Origin: Octopus sinensis
Lineage: Eukaryota
Length of the DNA stretch: 64,000 nucleotides
Direction of reading: 5' to 3'
NCBI RefSeq assembly: GCF_006345805.1
Contig: NC_042997.1
Span: forward strand, 109,306,001 to 109,370,000
The notes under the pieces are model-generated. The model was not told the DNA's origin. It did no database searches and saw only the letters and a program-made list of their open reading frames with translations. Each line of letters starts with the position of its first letter. Position 1 is the stretch's first letter. Both the position numbers and the translations under genes were made by a program. Positions 10,212 through 23,450 of this stretch are shown piece by piece.

Positions 10212-11895
10212 TGTATGTATGTATGTATGTATGTATGTATGTATGTATTTATGTTTGTATGTATGATGTATAATCTTTTCTGCTTTTAACTATTTGAATT
10301 CTTCCTTTGAAGGAAGAGTTAGTTTCTATTGGAATGTAGATAACGAAAATAATGTCGCATTTTAAACCTGAGGAAATTTTTGTATATCTTTACTGTTCCG
10401 CTTACAGATTGTATCTGTAACGTGCGAATCAACTGGTCGACTTATTTTTCTGAAAATCCAGACTGGCAGTAAAGAATTTGCTTACAAAGCCAAGAGCTCC
10501 AATTATTATTGACTTCCAAATCTACCCATCTACGATGGAAGCATAAAATGAGGGAGGGAAGTCATAGCAGTAGTATGTATTGAGAAATGTGTAAATGGAC
10601 ATGGTAGATTACTGGGTGATTTGTAATTTATATCACGTTATCGTTGGCGATACAGCATTTTCTTGCAGCTACGCGACATGTGCTCGCGACTAAGTGACAT
10701 GTGATGACGACTCACTCTCGAACAGAAATAGGTTCCCAGCCTCTGCATCATGAATGGTTATATGGACCACTCCCAACGAAAACCAGACCTTCCTGCCAGT
10801 ATGAAGAAAAACATGTTATTTAGATATTTAGTTTACACTATTTTACGCTTGTTTATACTGTTAAACATCCAAAGATCACAAATTTTCTTATTTAAATTAT
10901 AAATCATATTCTTTTCGATAATATCAATATGATTACAAAACTTCTTTGTAGACAATATTTTGGTCGACACCAATATTCAGATTACTGGAGACCGCTGCTC
11001 TACTCATAGCGGCGTGTGTAAACATCGGACTGGGTAAAAAGAAAAATGCACCTGAACGATCTAAATTCTAGCCTTGTTTGCTGCGAATGCGCGAGCGGGA
11101 TCTTTAGGGTTGCAAAAAAAAAAAAAAAATCAAACAAAGACTTACATGTTGTATGCGAATAATGTCTGGATGTTCTGATACCATGGGTTATTTTGATTGA
11201 CAAAACTGAGATGTAAACAACAGCCACTTCGTGTAGCCGTTTCGAATCCTGCTCGAGACCGAGACACTTCAATAACCATGAAATAATCACATACACTATA
11301 TACTGACACAAGCATTTTCCATTTGATTTTCACTATTAACCGTCCTCGCGATCCCCTTCGTATATATGTTGGGATCACGAACGATACGATGAAAATTCAG
11401 AGTTACTAGTGGTCATTGATTTTTTAATAAAATGTGAAGATGGTTTATCGATTCAAAGTAATTTAGTGTTAGGAAGGGCATCCAGCTCTAATCCTGCCAT
11501 AACAGTCACAGACGTCTGGTGCAGGCTTCGGCCTGGCCGGCTCTTGTGGTACCGTCCCAACTATACTACATGCAACGGGGACGTTAAATGGTGATGATGA
11601 TATCCATAAAATAATCATATTTTCTGATTTTTTAATGCTAAAATCCTTCTTGCAATCCCGAAAAATATCGTAACCATCGGACAGGCAGACGGATATAACG
11701 CCCATTATAGTAAGATGACAAATCGGCCCAGCTATGATGAGAAATAAAGGGATAGTGTCGCAAATCCAAACCCTCTACATTCACAAACCACGAGGGGTGG
11801 GGAATCCAGAATTAATCCTCGTCGCCAGAATTTTAGCAAAAAAAAAAGGATAATTTGTTAATACAAAACTTAATATCCACTAAACAATCATACCT

Positions 11896-12126
11896 ATTTC
11901 TTTACTACCCACAAGGGGCTAAACACAGAGTGGACAAACAAGGACAGACAAACGAATTAAGTCGATTACATCGACCCCAGTGCGTAACTGGTACTTAATT
12001 TATCGACCCCGAAAGGATGAAAGGCAAAGTCGACCTCGGCGGAATTTGAACTCAGAACGTAACGGCAGACGAAATATGGCTACGCATTTCGCCCGGCGTG
12101 CTAACGTTTCTGCCAGCTCGCCGCCT
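11896..12126 (-). mobile_element. Full-length tRNA-derived SINE, family 1, with 17-bp TSD
   Basis: ACTAAACAATCATACCT at 11879-11895 and 12127-12143. Confidence 0.95.
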
Positions 12127-12769
12127 ACTAAACAATCATACCTTTACAATTTTTTTTTTCCGCTAAAATCTTCGTAATCCTGAAAGACATCGTGGCCATT
12201 GGTTCAGCCGTTTGAACGTGAAGAGGGAATAGACAGACAGATAGATAGACCGACATTACACCGATAATAGTAAGATGTAAGTGTAAATTTGTAAACTGGA
12301 TATAGAACCTGGACGTTTCGAAGAAAATATCCATAGTTATCTTCTGTCTCTTTGATTTTTCAAAGAGATATTCACATCAGAAGGACAGCTAACCTTTCTG
12401 ACGAAACACACTTTTCCTTGTCTGTCCCAAGCAACAATATCTAGCCTGTTTCAAGTGGCAGTACATATGCTTTTGCTTGCAGCATGTATGTATGTATGTA
12501 TGTATGCATGTATGTATGTATGTATGTATGTATGTATGTATGTATGTATGTATATATGCATGTGTGTGTGTCTCTTCTATTTTAATTGTAAAATTTTCCA
12601 CTGAGGAGGAAGCCATTTTGCAACAAAGATACAAGGCTCCATCTTTGGGATTTATTATGTATGTATTTATGTATGCATGTATGCATGTGTGTATGGATGT
12701 ATATATGTATGTATGAATGAATGTGTATACACACAACGCATACATGGACTGACACCCGGTCCGTTATGA

Positions 12770-12960
12770 CGAAAAATGTTCCAGTTGGTTCGACCAACGC
12801 AACGGCTTGCTCATGGAATCAACGTGTAAGTGGCTGAGTACTCCAAACACAGGCGTGCCCTTAACGTAGTTCTCGGGGAGACTCACCGTGACAAAAACTG
12901 TAGAAAGTTTAGCCATTTAAATTACGGGTACGACTCATGTTTACCAGCCGAGTGGACTGC
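12770..12960 (-). mobile_element. SINE family 3 fragment
   Basis: Shares gagaactacgttaagggNacNcNtgt..ggagtactcagccactt.cacgtt with 57619-58110. Confidence 0.65.
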
Positions 12961-13119
12961 GGTAATATGAAAGGTCACAACGCGCCGCCGGAAATTGAAC
13001 TCCAGGAATCGAACTTACGACCGTGAACTGAATATCCTAACTTTTACGGCTACGACACCTTCACTAGATCCCTCCATCCCTCCATCCATCCATCCATCCA
13101 TCCTTCAATCCAGTCTGAA

Positions 13120-13995
13120 GCAGAATTTGAGAAAAAGTGCCGGGCTGGAAGCAAAACCTGGAATCAAAGGACCGTAAATCTAACTTAGCAAAGACTAAAG
13201 TTGTTGTTAACAAGAAAGCAGACAAGACTCTCCTTCCATCAGGTAAATAGAAAAGGATAATGATGGTGGTGGTGGAGATATGTAGGAAAAGAGTGTAAGC
13301 TATGGACGCGTAAGAGATGCAGTGGAATCATAGGTAGGTTAACGGATAAGGTCGTTTTCATGTATGGCAGATGCACTGGAACAATAAGCACTAAGGACAG
13401 GAGGGACTTAAACTCTCTCTAATGCCCGGGAGGCTCTCTTGAGGTAGTAAATAGTTTCTGCTATTTAGGTAACCAAATTATCAATGATGGTGGATGCTCT
13501 GAATGTATTGTTTCTAGAATAAGATTAGGATGGAGGAAGTTCAGAGAGCCTCTCTCTCTCACTCTCTCAGAGTGAAAAGGCGATTGTATGATGCGTGTGT
13601 GAGAACGGGTATATTACATGGTAGTAAGACGTGGGCTCTGACTGCAGAGGACAGGCATAGACTGGAGAGGAATGAAGGTAGTATACTCCGGTGGATTTGC
13701 AACATCAATGTGCTTGACAGGCAAAGCACAACTGTGTTGAGTATAAAGTTAAGCATAAAAGGAATTAAATGTAGCATGCAGTAGAGGAGTGTGCGTTGGT
13801 TTCGACATGTGATGCGTATGTGTGAAGACAGCTGTACCTATCACTGAAAGTGGGTGGTACCTGTGGCAGAAGGACACCCAGGAAGACATGGGATAAAATG
13901 GTGAGGACTGATCTTAAGGATGCTGGTGCTCACGGAGGATATGACAATGGACCGAGTTGTGTTTTGGCAATATGATGTTCTAGAGAAGACCCACC
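13120..13995 (+). mobile_element. RTE-clade LINE, degenerate 3' part (C-terminal RT region)
   Basis: NLAKTKVV, SFCYLG and RLYDACVRTGILHGSKTWAL...LERNEGSILRWIC motifs are typical of RTE ORFs. Stops present. Confidence 0.85.
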
Positions 13996-14355
13996 TATGA
14001 TAGCGAAACTGATTGCTAGAAGGGTTGTGTCTCACCCACATCTAACAACAAGATTTTCCCACACCCTGCCCCAAGAAACCGAACTACTTCTCTTCCAAAC
14101 AGTATCTTTCTCTTCTTCACATTTCCTCTTCATAAACTATGATTGTCTTCCCATCCCCTTTCCTGCCCTTACTGCCCTCTACCCAAGTTTTCGCCAGTCC
14201 CCTCAATCTCCACTCCCTACTAGCGTCTTCTTGGCAACACCTGATCGCGTATATTACGACCTTCGTATCTCTGTTTTCTTTACTCTACCGTCACATCTAT
14301 CCTCTGATCGTTGATACTTGTGAGTATACCCTGGCAATTCACCATTCTCTCCTTC

Positions 14356-14466
<111 letters not shown>

Positions 14467-14947
14467 ATCTATCTATCTATCTCTTTCAATCGCTCTTCCC
14501 TCTGGCTAGTTAGCCACGTATCTCTTCTACAGCAGCACACCTATTTCTGCCCTCATTCTTGGTCGCTATCTCTCTCTCTCTCTCTTTCTCTCTCTTTCAC
14601 TCTCTCTATTTCCCCCCTCTCTCTCTCTTCCACTCTCTCTATTCCCCCTCTCTCTTTCACTCTCTCTTTCTCTCTTTCTATCTTTCACGGTCTCTTTCTT
14701 TCTCTCTCTCTCTCAAAGTTGTTATTAAGAGAGAATTACAATGAGTGAGAGAGAGTGAAAGAGAGAGAGAGCGAGTGAAAGAGAGAGTGTGTATGCGTGT
14801 GTGTGCGCGCCCGTGCGTGTGTGTGTGTGTATGCGCGTGAAAGAAAGATAGGTAGTGTTGTCAACATAGTAACTAAGACGTTTTGATTAAAAACGCGAGA
14901 AGTCTGTCAACGCAGCACAGCACAGACTTCCAAGTAGGCGATATATA

Positions 14948-14990
<43 letters not shown>

Positions 14991-15449
14991 CAAAATAAGC
15001 AACAAGGGTATCCAAAGGTAGTGTAGTACAATCGTTTCGGTAAATGGCAGAGCCATTGCTCTGCCATTTAAACTGCCCATTCCTCTATCTATAAATAGAA
15101 AAATTCTTGATTGTCTCCACGGAACGTAATAGAAAACCCCCTCCCCAATGATAAATCTAAATAACAAAGTGAACTCAGTGATAAATCTACCCATGAGGAA
15201 AGATCTTATACTACCATGTTTTTACTGATGAAATTCACCTCTCTTTCTATATACCCACCCTCTTTGTAATGTAGGCAAATGGATTAAGTATAAAAAATGA
15301 ACATTGTCAATTTAATTTTAAAAATTCCATATGTGGCTGAAGAGTGATCTACATTTTAAAACTGATGTAATACTTACATTGTTTAATTAAATGAAGTAGC
15401 ATGAAACGATTGTACTACAGTACCTTGGATATCCTTGTTGCTTATTTTG
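14991..15449. repeat. TA-flanked element with about 48-bp inverted ends and an internal perfect 13-bp hairpin
   Basis: 14991-15038 is the imperfect inverse of 15403-15449. TAAATGGCAGAGC-catt-GCTCTGCCATTTA at 15041-15070. Related sequence at about 45510-45595. Confidence 0.75.
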
Positions 15450-15553
15450 ATTATAATCACCCCATTTGATTTATATGGATAATACCATACCAAATTCTGG
15501 TGCCTTTTAACTTAAGTACCATATTCATCTGAATCTAAATTTTTACTGAACTA

Positions 15554-15632
<79 letters not shown>

Positions 15633-15844
15633 CGTATGTATGTATACAAATAATTTATATATACTTATTTTTGTTGTTTGTTTGTGTGTATTTGTGTGCT
15701 TGTGCCTTTCACCATATAGACTGTGCAACATACCCTTATAAAAAGAGAAGTCCACTTTGAACAATTTATGAAGGTACTTGCATGATTAACAAATAATTTT
15801 ACCAGTAGCGTAACGACATGAAACGAGCTAATATTAAATTCTTG

Positions 15845-16015
15845 TGAGGCGGTGAGCTGGCTGAGTCGTTAGTACGTCGAGAAAAATGTTTTGCGGCATT
15901 TCGCCCGCCTTTACGATCTGACTTGGAATTCCACCGAAATCGACTTTGTCTTCCCGCCTTTCGGGGTCGGAAAAAATAAGTAGCCATTGAGCACTGAGGT
16001 CGATGTAATCGCCTA
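15845..16015 (+). mobile_element. tRNA-derived SINE, family 1, diverged
   Basis: aggcggtgagctggctgagtcgttag head and cgactttgtcttcccgcctttcggggtcg body. Confidence 0.75.
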
Positions 16016-16860
16016 AAATTGTCTCCCTTTTGCCAAAGTTTGAAAACAATATTATCAACATTGCTGTTTACAGTTACAAGAACTTGAAACTTTGACTGTT
16101 ACGAAAGTAAATCATTTTTAACGGCGGCACTCAAAATACAAAGAACTATTGCCAATAATGAGATGGATGGAAGCAAGTAAAACCTCGTCTCCGTTGAAAA
16201 TATACAAAAGGCGAAAATTTCAACGTTCAAATTATAGTATCTTCCTTTATATATTCCTTTATATTTTTAACATTTTATTAACTCGATGAGTTTCAATTAT
16301 TAGAATTAATCAATGACTATTTTCTGATTATCTCTATTCCAAAATGTGTGGCTAAATTCAGCCCATACACCAGACACAGTTAACTAATGATATTACGGAA
16401 TCCATACATTTAATTTCTGCGTTTTGAGAATATTCATCTCGTGATTTGTTTTAACGACTTGGCGTTTTGCATTGCTTGGCTTCAGTTCATGTTAACTAAA
16501 TATAAACGAATGGAGGAGAGTTATGATAAATATATGACTATAAGCATTTAATGAGACACAGTCACCTTATAATAAGAGAAGATTTCAACATCAAGACAAG
16601 CTTTCTAAATTATTCGGTGCCTGGATATAGCTAAGTGACCAACTCTGGAATACAGGATTACGTGGGTGCATTTAAAAGATTTTGCGAAACATTTCAAAAC
16701 TTAAAACACTCTAGTAACAATAACCATTTTAATATCATTATTTCTAAAGAACAGCAAAATAATATGGAATTTTATTAAAGCTATTACTGGACATAGTCTG
16801 CTTCGAAAGAACATTGCAGTATATTCTGCAAGTAAAAGAATCGGCAATTTTGGAGAGATT

Positions 16861-17751
16861 ATGCGTTTGATGTGGATAGGTCTGCTGTTTATAATGGGTT
16901 TGTGCGAAGGATTTCATAACTGCCCTGAAAGGTATAGAGATAACCCTCAACATGTGGCTTGTTTACCACTGTCGCAAAACTTGATAAAGTCATTGGAAGT
17001 GGATAGATTTGAGGAGAGATTGATTCTGTTTTTGCATAACAAATATCGGGGAGATATTAAACCTGGAGTCTGTGCTATGTTTCGATTGAAATGGGATGCG
17101 GAACTTGCCTTTCTTGCACTGAAATGGGCAAGCAATTGTGAATATGAGAAAATAGAGAGAGAAAATAATAATGTACCCGGCAAATATATGGTAGCGCAAA
17201 ATATTGGCTTATCATACACTTCTTGGGCTTCAGTGGTGCACGCATGGCATTCCGAAATAGATTCATTTAATTATTCTGATCCAGAAGACGATGACGCAGA
17301 ATCATATAGAAATATTGTTCGTAGCACCACTCTCCTCGTCGGATGCGCAGCGTCGGTATGTTCCAATTTAGGGATGCTTCATGTTTGCAACTATGCCCCC
17401 GTGGAGGATACAAAAGCCCCTGTTTATAAAACATGTTACGGACCCTATAAACCAAAGGATTGTGGTGACGAGATCTGTTACAATGGTGGCCATCTGTATC
17501 CTACTAACTGTTCATGTATATGTTTAGACATTGCTCATATAACTGGTCACCATTGCGAACTGAACTGTTCATATTCTGATCCAATTGACCCTTGCACAAC
17601 AATAAACATATCACAATGTGCAAATAAATTGACAAAATATAAATGTCCCTGGTTGTGCAATCAATGTGACATCTCTTCAAGGGATCTTAATCTTGACTCC
17701 TTTGTCCTTCTACAAACACTAATGTTCATATACATAATTTTGTTCATGTAA
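16861..17751 (+). CDS. CAP2: CAP/CRISP-family protein, 296 aa, single-exon, mosaic paralog
   Basis: Same signal peptide as CAP1; HNKYR, LKWDAELAFLA, QNIG, VGCAASVC, VCNYAP; EGF-like and ShK-like Cys patterns; hydrophobic tail FVLLQTLMFIYIILFM. Confidence 0.93.
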   Translation: MRLMWIGLLFIMGLCEGFHNCPERYRDNPQHVACLPLSQNLIKSLEVDRFEERLILFLHNKYRGDIKPGVCAMFRLKWDAELAFLALKWASNCEYEKIERENNNVPGKYMVAQNIGLSYTSWASVVHAWHSEIDSFNYSDPEDDDAESYRNIVRSTTLLVGCAASVCSNLGMLHVCNYAPVEDTKAPVYKTCYGPYKPKDCGDEICYNGGHLYPTNCSCICLDIAHITGHHCELNCSYSDPIDPCTTINISQCANKLTKYKCPWLCNQCDISSRDLNLDSFVLLQTLMFIYIILFM

Positions 17752-18104
17752 GATGGCCTGTCATTCTGCAGTTTGTGTATATTGGTGAGGAATTGTTCTG
17801 CTGGCCGTAATCTATAGAAAATGCCAAGAAAAAGCAAGTATATGTTCGGATTCTATTATGCAGTAAGAAGAAACCGACGCAATCAAATGACTGAATATAA
17901 ATAGACCACGTGAAACAAGCACATAAATAAATAAAAAAGTTTTATGAAAAGGGAGGTAATCACCTATTCCTTGAAGAACATTAACAGCAATTCTCTTCAC
18001 CATTACGCTATCGCATTAAGGATGTACAAGAAACAGTAATAATGTTGACAGTTATATTTTACGTTTCATTTCAGTGAGCATAAACAGTTATATGTCAACC
18101 CTCT

Positions 18105-18156
<52 letters not shown>

Positions 18157-18255
18157 CATATAATTATGGAATTAGATAAGGGTAGAAATTGATACTAATC
18201 AATTAAAACCAGTGGTCTAGCATATTTTTTTTTTAAATCCGAAGATTATATACAA

Positions 18256-18370
18256 AATTCAGAGGACTGACCACTACAAAAATGGACAACCTATATGCTA
18301 TATGGCGATTTTGACGTCTATATCTAGCATACACGCTGTCCATTTTTGTAGTAGTCATTCTTCTGTAATT
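18256..18370. repeat. Paralogous copy of the 114-bp inverted repeat
   Basis: Same arms and spacer as 6734-6847, with several substitutions. Confidence 0.85.
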
Positions 18371-18379
18371 ATGTATATA

Positions 18380-18421
<42 letters not shown>

Positions 18422-18899
18422 CTAATCCTATCAAACAGACACAAGCAGCAAATACCAAAAATAAGAGCAAATACTATGGCTATAGATAATTTCGATTTAA
18501 AATAACATTAAAACATAAATATTAAATGTTCAAAAGAAGGGCATCATAAAACTTCGGGAGTATGTTCCTTGTCTTTTGGGGAATATGAAAGGTGGACTTT
18601 AATTTTCTGTTTGAAATATTATACATCTGTGGATAATCTTAAGACGATTTATACGTCTACAAAATATATTTGTGAAATAAAGCAGGCTGTATTAAAATTT
18701 GTCGGTATTAATCAGGCAATGCTTATTTTTTTTTTTTACTTTATTTATTTATTTATTTATTTATTGACTGAAACTGAGTCAATTTCTGTTACATTTCAGC
18801 TATATAACTCGAATAACAAAGTACACATGTATTTACAAAACTCGTATGCATCCATCCATATATGCACACACGCAGGCACACACATACACTCATACATAA

Positions 18900-18945
<46 letters not shown>

Positions 18946-19000
18946 GCGTATTTATGTACATATATATACATACTTATATATATATATATATACATATATG

Positions 19001-19031
<31 letters not shown>

Positions 19032-19128
19032 GTATGTATATCTATCTATCTATCTATCTATATATATATATATATCTATATATATATATATCTATATATA
19101 TATATATCTATATATATATATATATATC

Positions 19129-19195
<67 letters not shown>

Positions 19196-19420
19196 TTTAA
19201 TGCTTTGCCAAAACATGTGAGGGACCATCATAGTGTAGGGGTACATTTTTTACAAGAAACAACTTGACTACCTGCTGTCCAAAATCCTAGATGAAAATAT
19301 ATGAGGGCAAGAAACTTATAACTCCTGCCTTCACCAAAACCAAACGCAAAACATTGGCCATTGAAAGGGTGATTACACTGGCAGTAAAAAATAAAATACA
19401 TATATACATACATACATACA

Positions 19421-19512
<92 letters not shown>

Positions 19513-19769
19513 CAGGATGGCCCAGAAGTAGGTTTACAGTTATTCAACTTTATCTTTCGCATTCATATATTAACAGTTTAGATCTTTATTATAAAATTAT
19601 TAGATCTTTATTATAATTTTGTCAGGCTCCCTTTTCAGTTTGTAAGGCAGAAATTTAAATGTAATAAAATGTTTTAAAGTGCCTACGTAATAACTTTAAA
19701 CTTACTTTTGCCCACCATGTATATATATATATATATAATATATATATATATATATCAATGATTGCTGTG

Positions 19770-20330
19770 GAGGGGCATTGAGGCGAATCCTGTTTAAGAA
19801 TTTCTTTCTCAATCTATGCTGTGATCGGAGCTCAGCATTGGTAAGGTAGAGCAGGGAATCCGCCTGTGCTTACTGGTGGTGTGTCATTCCTGGGAGCATC
19901 TGGCTCCCAGGCCATCCCACATAGAGGAAATTAAAGTCAGCCGAAAAGAATATTCTGATGTGTTGTTCCAGTCTGGTGAGAACCCCTGCTATCTTTGCTA
20001 GGCAGTCTTACCTGCATGTGTTGGAGCATCAGTGGAGGGTATGTAGTATATATGATAATATTAAGTTCTCTTACTTGTACAATTTGAGTGTCATTCCCTG
20101 AATTTTCATATGACAGCAGGACCTGGGAGTGAGGTCCTCTCGGATGTATTCAGCACCTCCACCACGGCTCCTTTCTTTCCAGTCGGAACGTATGACAACA
20201 TATTATGGTATGTGTCATTCTGCGTCCCCTATATCAGGTCTAAGATGCGTTTCCACAAGTGCTACGCACATAGCTCGATTGCATGCACCAAAGTCTCTCT
20301 AAAACGAGATATTTGTTTTACAGTTGACGT
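19770..20330 (-). mobile_element. Probable degenerate LINE AP-endonuclease region
   Basis: Minus-strand reading IAGVLTRLEQHIRIFFSADFNF resembles the APE GDFN motif. Heavily interrupted. Confidence 0.4.
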
Positions 20331-20556
20331 GCAACAACCCTCCGTTATTTAAGAGAAACGCTTTTGTGACGTCTGTGTTTGTGTTAGTGGTGGCCATCCT
20401 GTTACTGTTGTCGGTAGTGGCAGCCTCGTGTGATGGTGGGCGCAGTTCCAAGTTTGTGTTTTTTTTTTGTTTGTAGCCGCGTCAGCTGCTGGAGAAGCTA
20501 TATATATATATATAGAACAATCTTACTTAGAAATGGATGCGTGCGTTCCGTCATAT

Positions 20557-20790
20557 AAATTAATAAATAAAACATATGCATATATACATACATATATGTA
20601 CGTACCTACCTCTACATGTATATATATATGCATATATGGGTACAGGACACCAAAAAACGTCGAACACAATGAGAAACGAAAACATAAACACAAAACCAAG
20701 GAACTGGACATTTTTCTTAAACAACGAAAAAATAGAGTATAGGACAAATAACACATGTATGTATATATGCATATGTTTTATTTATTAATT

Positions 20791-20791
<1 letters not shown>
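20557..20791. repeat. 235-bp element with perfect 37-bp terminal inverted repeats, in a TA-rich context
   Basis: 20557-20593 is the exact reverse complement of 20755-20791. Confidence 0.85.
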
Positions 20792-20861
<70 letters not shown>

Positions 20862-21719
20862 AAGGATCGAGGTGTAGGAAGGAAATTAGCTTCAAGCAAT
20901 CCGTAGTAAAAAACAAAGAATTCAGAGACAGTAGTGGTTTATTGAGACAGAAGGTTGTGGACTTTTTTCATATCGAACTACGAAAAATTGAAAAATTTCT
21001 TTTTGTATTTCACTGTGGGCGAATAAGATACAAGAGTTTCATAGCGAGTGGAACCTCGGAATTGGTAAATATCCAAGCGACATTTGTACTGTAGGCTACT
21101 CTTCAGGCCAAAGATTTCTTGATTAAATGAAAGTTTACATTGTCACAAGGAGCTACATGCTAACACATGGGAGATTCAATCAAAATGTGTCGAAAGCACT
21201 GGAGGAGTGGAGAATATAAATGTAGAGAGAAGTAAGTATTAAAAGAAGGAAAAAAGAAGAACGTGAGTGAGAAGAAAGAGAGGAGTGGTATTTGGAGAAA
21301 TGTTTTTGGTGAAGAGGAGAAAAAGTTATACGTGAAGAAAGGAAGATAGAATGGATAGGAATCGTGGCGACTACTACTAGCAATCATTTAAGGGGTGCAT
21401 ATTGTGTTCGGTGATCGTGCTTACAGTATGAAATAGTAGAGGTGCAGGTTGGCATGTGTCCTTATAAGTTTAGAAGGCGGGAGCGGTAGGCAGGAGAAAT
21501 AAGAGAAATTTTTTTTATAAATGGTAAGGAAAAATACAGAGAAGCATGTAAAAGACAATATAGAATTAAAGGGACAAATGAGAGACAGAGAGAAGTATGT
21601 AAATGACAAAAGGAACTTAAGGGAAGATATATTGTTGGGTTAATATATAGTGGTAGTGAGGGTAAAAAAGAAAGAAAAATTATGAAGGTTAGGGGGAAAA
21701 AGACGAGGTAGGGTTGTTG

Positions 21720-21992
21720 TTATTTGTTTTTAGAGAATAGATTTAGTGATCGATGTTTGCAGATAAAAATTATACTGTTGCGTTCATTGAGACAATCCGT
21801 GGATTGCAAAATAGCTAAAGTCTCATCTATGCAGAGATCACACTTATAGATGTTGTATGGTTTTGTGTGGGCGACTATGGACCACTTAAGAGTGTAAGGA
21901 GTTAAATCAATCTTTAGTTTATTGATAAGCTGAGATAATGATGTATTGTTGGATTTTGTTCGGGACTTGAAACTGGAGTAGTAGTTGCTCAC
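21720..21992 (-). mobile_element. Penelope-like element, GIY-YIG endonuclease C-terminal remnant
   Basis: SFKSRTKSNNTSLSQLINKLK...LKWSIV...CDLCIDE...LNERNS...CKHR fits the Penelope GIY-YIG C-terminal pattern as I know it. Confidence 0.75.
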
Positions 21993-22028
21993 TGTAGCTT
22001 TGAAGGTGGTGCTACATGTTGATATACT

Positions 22029-22441
22029 CTTTTATTCTTTTACTTGTTTCAGTCATTTGACTGCGGCCATGCTGGAGCACCGCCTTTAATCGAGCAACTC
22101 GACCCCGGGACTTATTCTTTTGTATGCCCAGTACTTATTCTATCGGTCTCTTTTGCCGAACCGCTAAGTAACGGGGACATAAACACACCAACATCGGTTG
22201 TCAAGCAATGCTAGGGGGACAAACACAGACACAAACACACACACGCATATATATATATATATATATACATATATACAACGGGCTTCTTTCAGTTTCCGCC
22301 TACCAAATCCACTCACAAGGCATTGGTCGACCCGAGGCTATAGTAGAAGACACTTGCCCAAGGTGCCACGCAGTGGGACTGAACCCGGAACCATGTGGTT
22401 GGTAAACAAGCTACTTACCACACAGCCACTCCTGCGCCTAT
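22029..22441 (-). mobile_element. tRNA-derived SINE, family 2, apparently full length
   Basis: Minus strand: taggcgcaggagtggctgtgtggtaag head, gggttcagtccc B-box-like, gcaccttgggcaagtgtctt (CORE-like), internal TA/TG microsatellite, ccagcatggccgcagtcaaatgactgaaac tail. Confidence 0.9.
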
Positions 22442-22559
22442 ATATTTATAGTTATTGTATCTGAAGACGAACTTATACTGCACCCATGAGTGTTTCTTTC
22501 ACCCATGCGATTGTGGTTTTGCTGGAGCACCACCGTAATTTTGTTCCTTTTCTACAACT

Positions 22560-23450
22560 TTCTTATTTGGTTGATTTCTTTAAAAACTCCCTTTTTGGAA
22601 GATATCCACATCTCCATTGTGTAGATTTCTGAATTCTACAAGGTAAGGCACTGAAGAGTTGCGGGCCTTTGAAACCTAATCTGGTGTAATACCTGGTCCT
22701 GACTTTACACGAGGTGGACGATACCTTTGGTACAGCACAATTGTGTCCGGTTCTGGCAATTGTATAACACTCGATGCTGAAATTAGCTCTAGCCATTCAA
22801 GAATTTCCCATATATAGATTATTAGATATTGTTACGTCTGCGCTCCAGTGGGTAAAGTCGTAGTTTCTCCACCTCTTGTAATTCATCTGCCGCACTGTTA
22901 CAAACTTTTTCTAACTGTAGTCCAGGCGGCTAAGAACATGATCAGCATGACTTCTTGGTCTCTTGTTTTGAGGCCCCTTTGTACCCATCCTTCCAACTGT
23001 GTGTACTTTATGCCATCTTGGAAATGATGCATCAGTTACACATACTGATCCCCAAATACCTCACTCTCTGGGACTCTGGCAGTACAATCAGGTCCTGTAC
23101 AAATAGGTTGTGATGCTTTTGTGAGCTGATAGTGCAATACTTAAAGTTTTCCAGCATTTAATTCAGTTCACTTCTATATCGCATTTAGGCTCCGACGTAA
23201 GCTTGCAACATCGACACGCCTATGATAATTTCGTACCATCTGCGTTGTTATGGACAATGGTTGTCTGAGTAACTGTGGGCATGTGCAAAAGAGCTAATAT
23301 AAACAGTAATGGCTCCCAAGAGAGTCCCCTTAAGTGATATCACTCAAATTTGTGCTTCCTTAAGGAGGGCATCATTGGTCTCAACTGCCTGAGTGTTATG
23401 TTTTAGGAAGACATGATGTCACACGTTTTAGTTCACCAGCAATGTTAAGT
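22560..23450 (-). mobile_element. CR1/L2-group LINE remnant (RT to 3' end)
   Basis: RTGHNCAVPKV...RTRYYTRLGFKGPQLFSALP resembles the terminus of the copy at 56.5-57.5 kb. Degenerate RT motifs upstream. Confidence 0.7.

Noticed and set aside
15390-15420. GAAACGATTGTA half-hammerhead (also at about 45548)
   Set aside because: The upstream core and stem II are not recognisable; only half of the motif is present.
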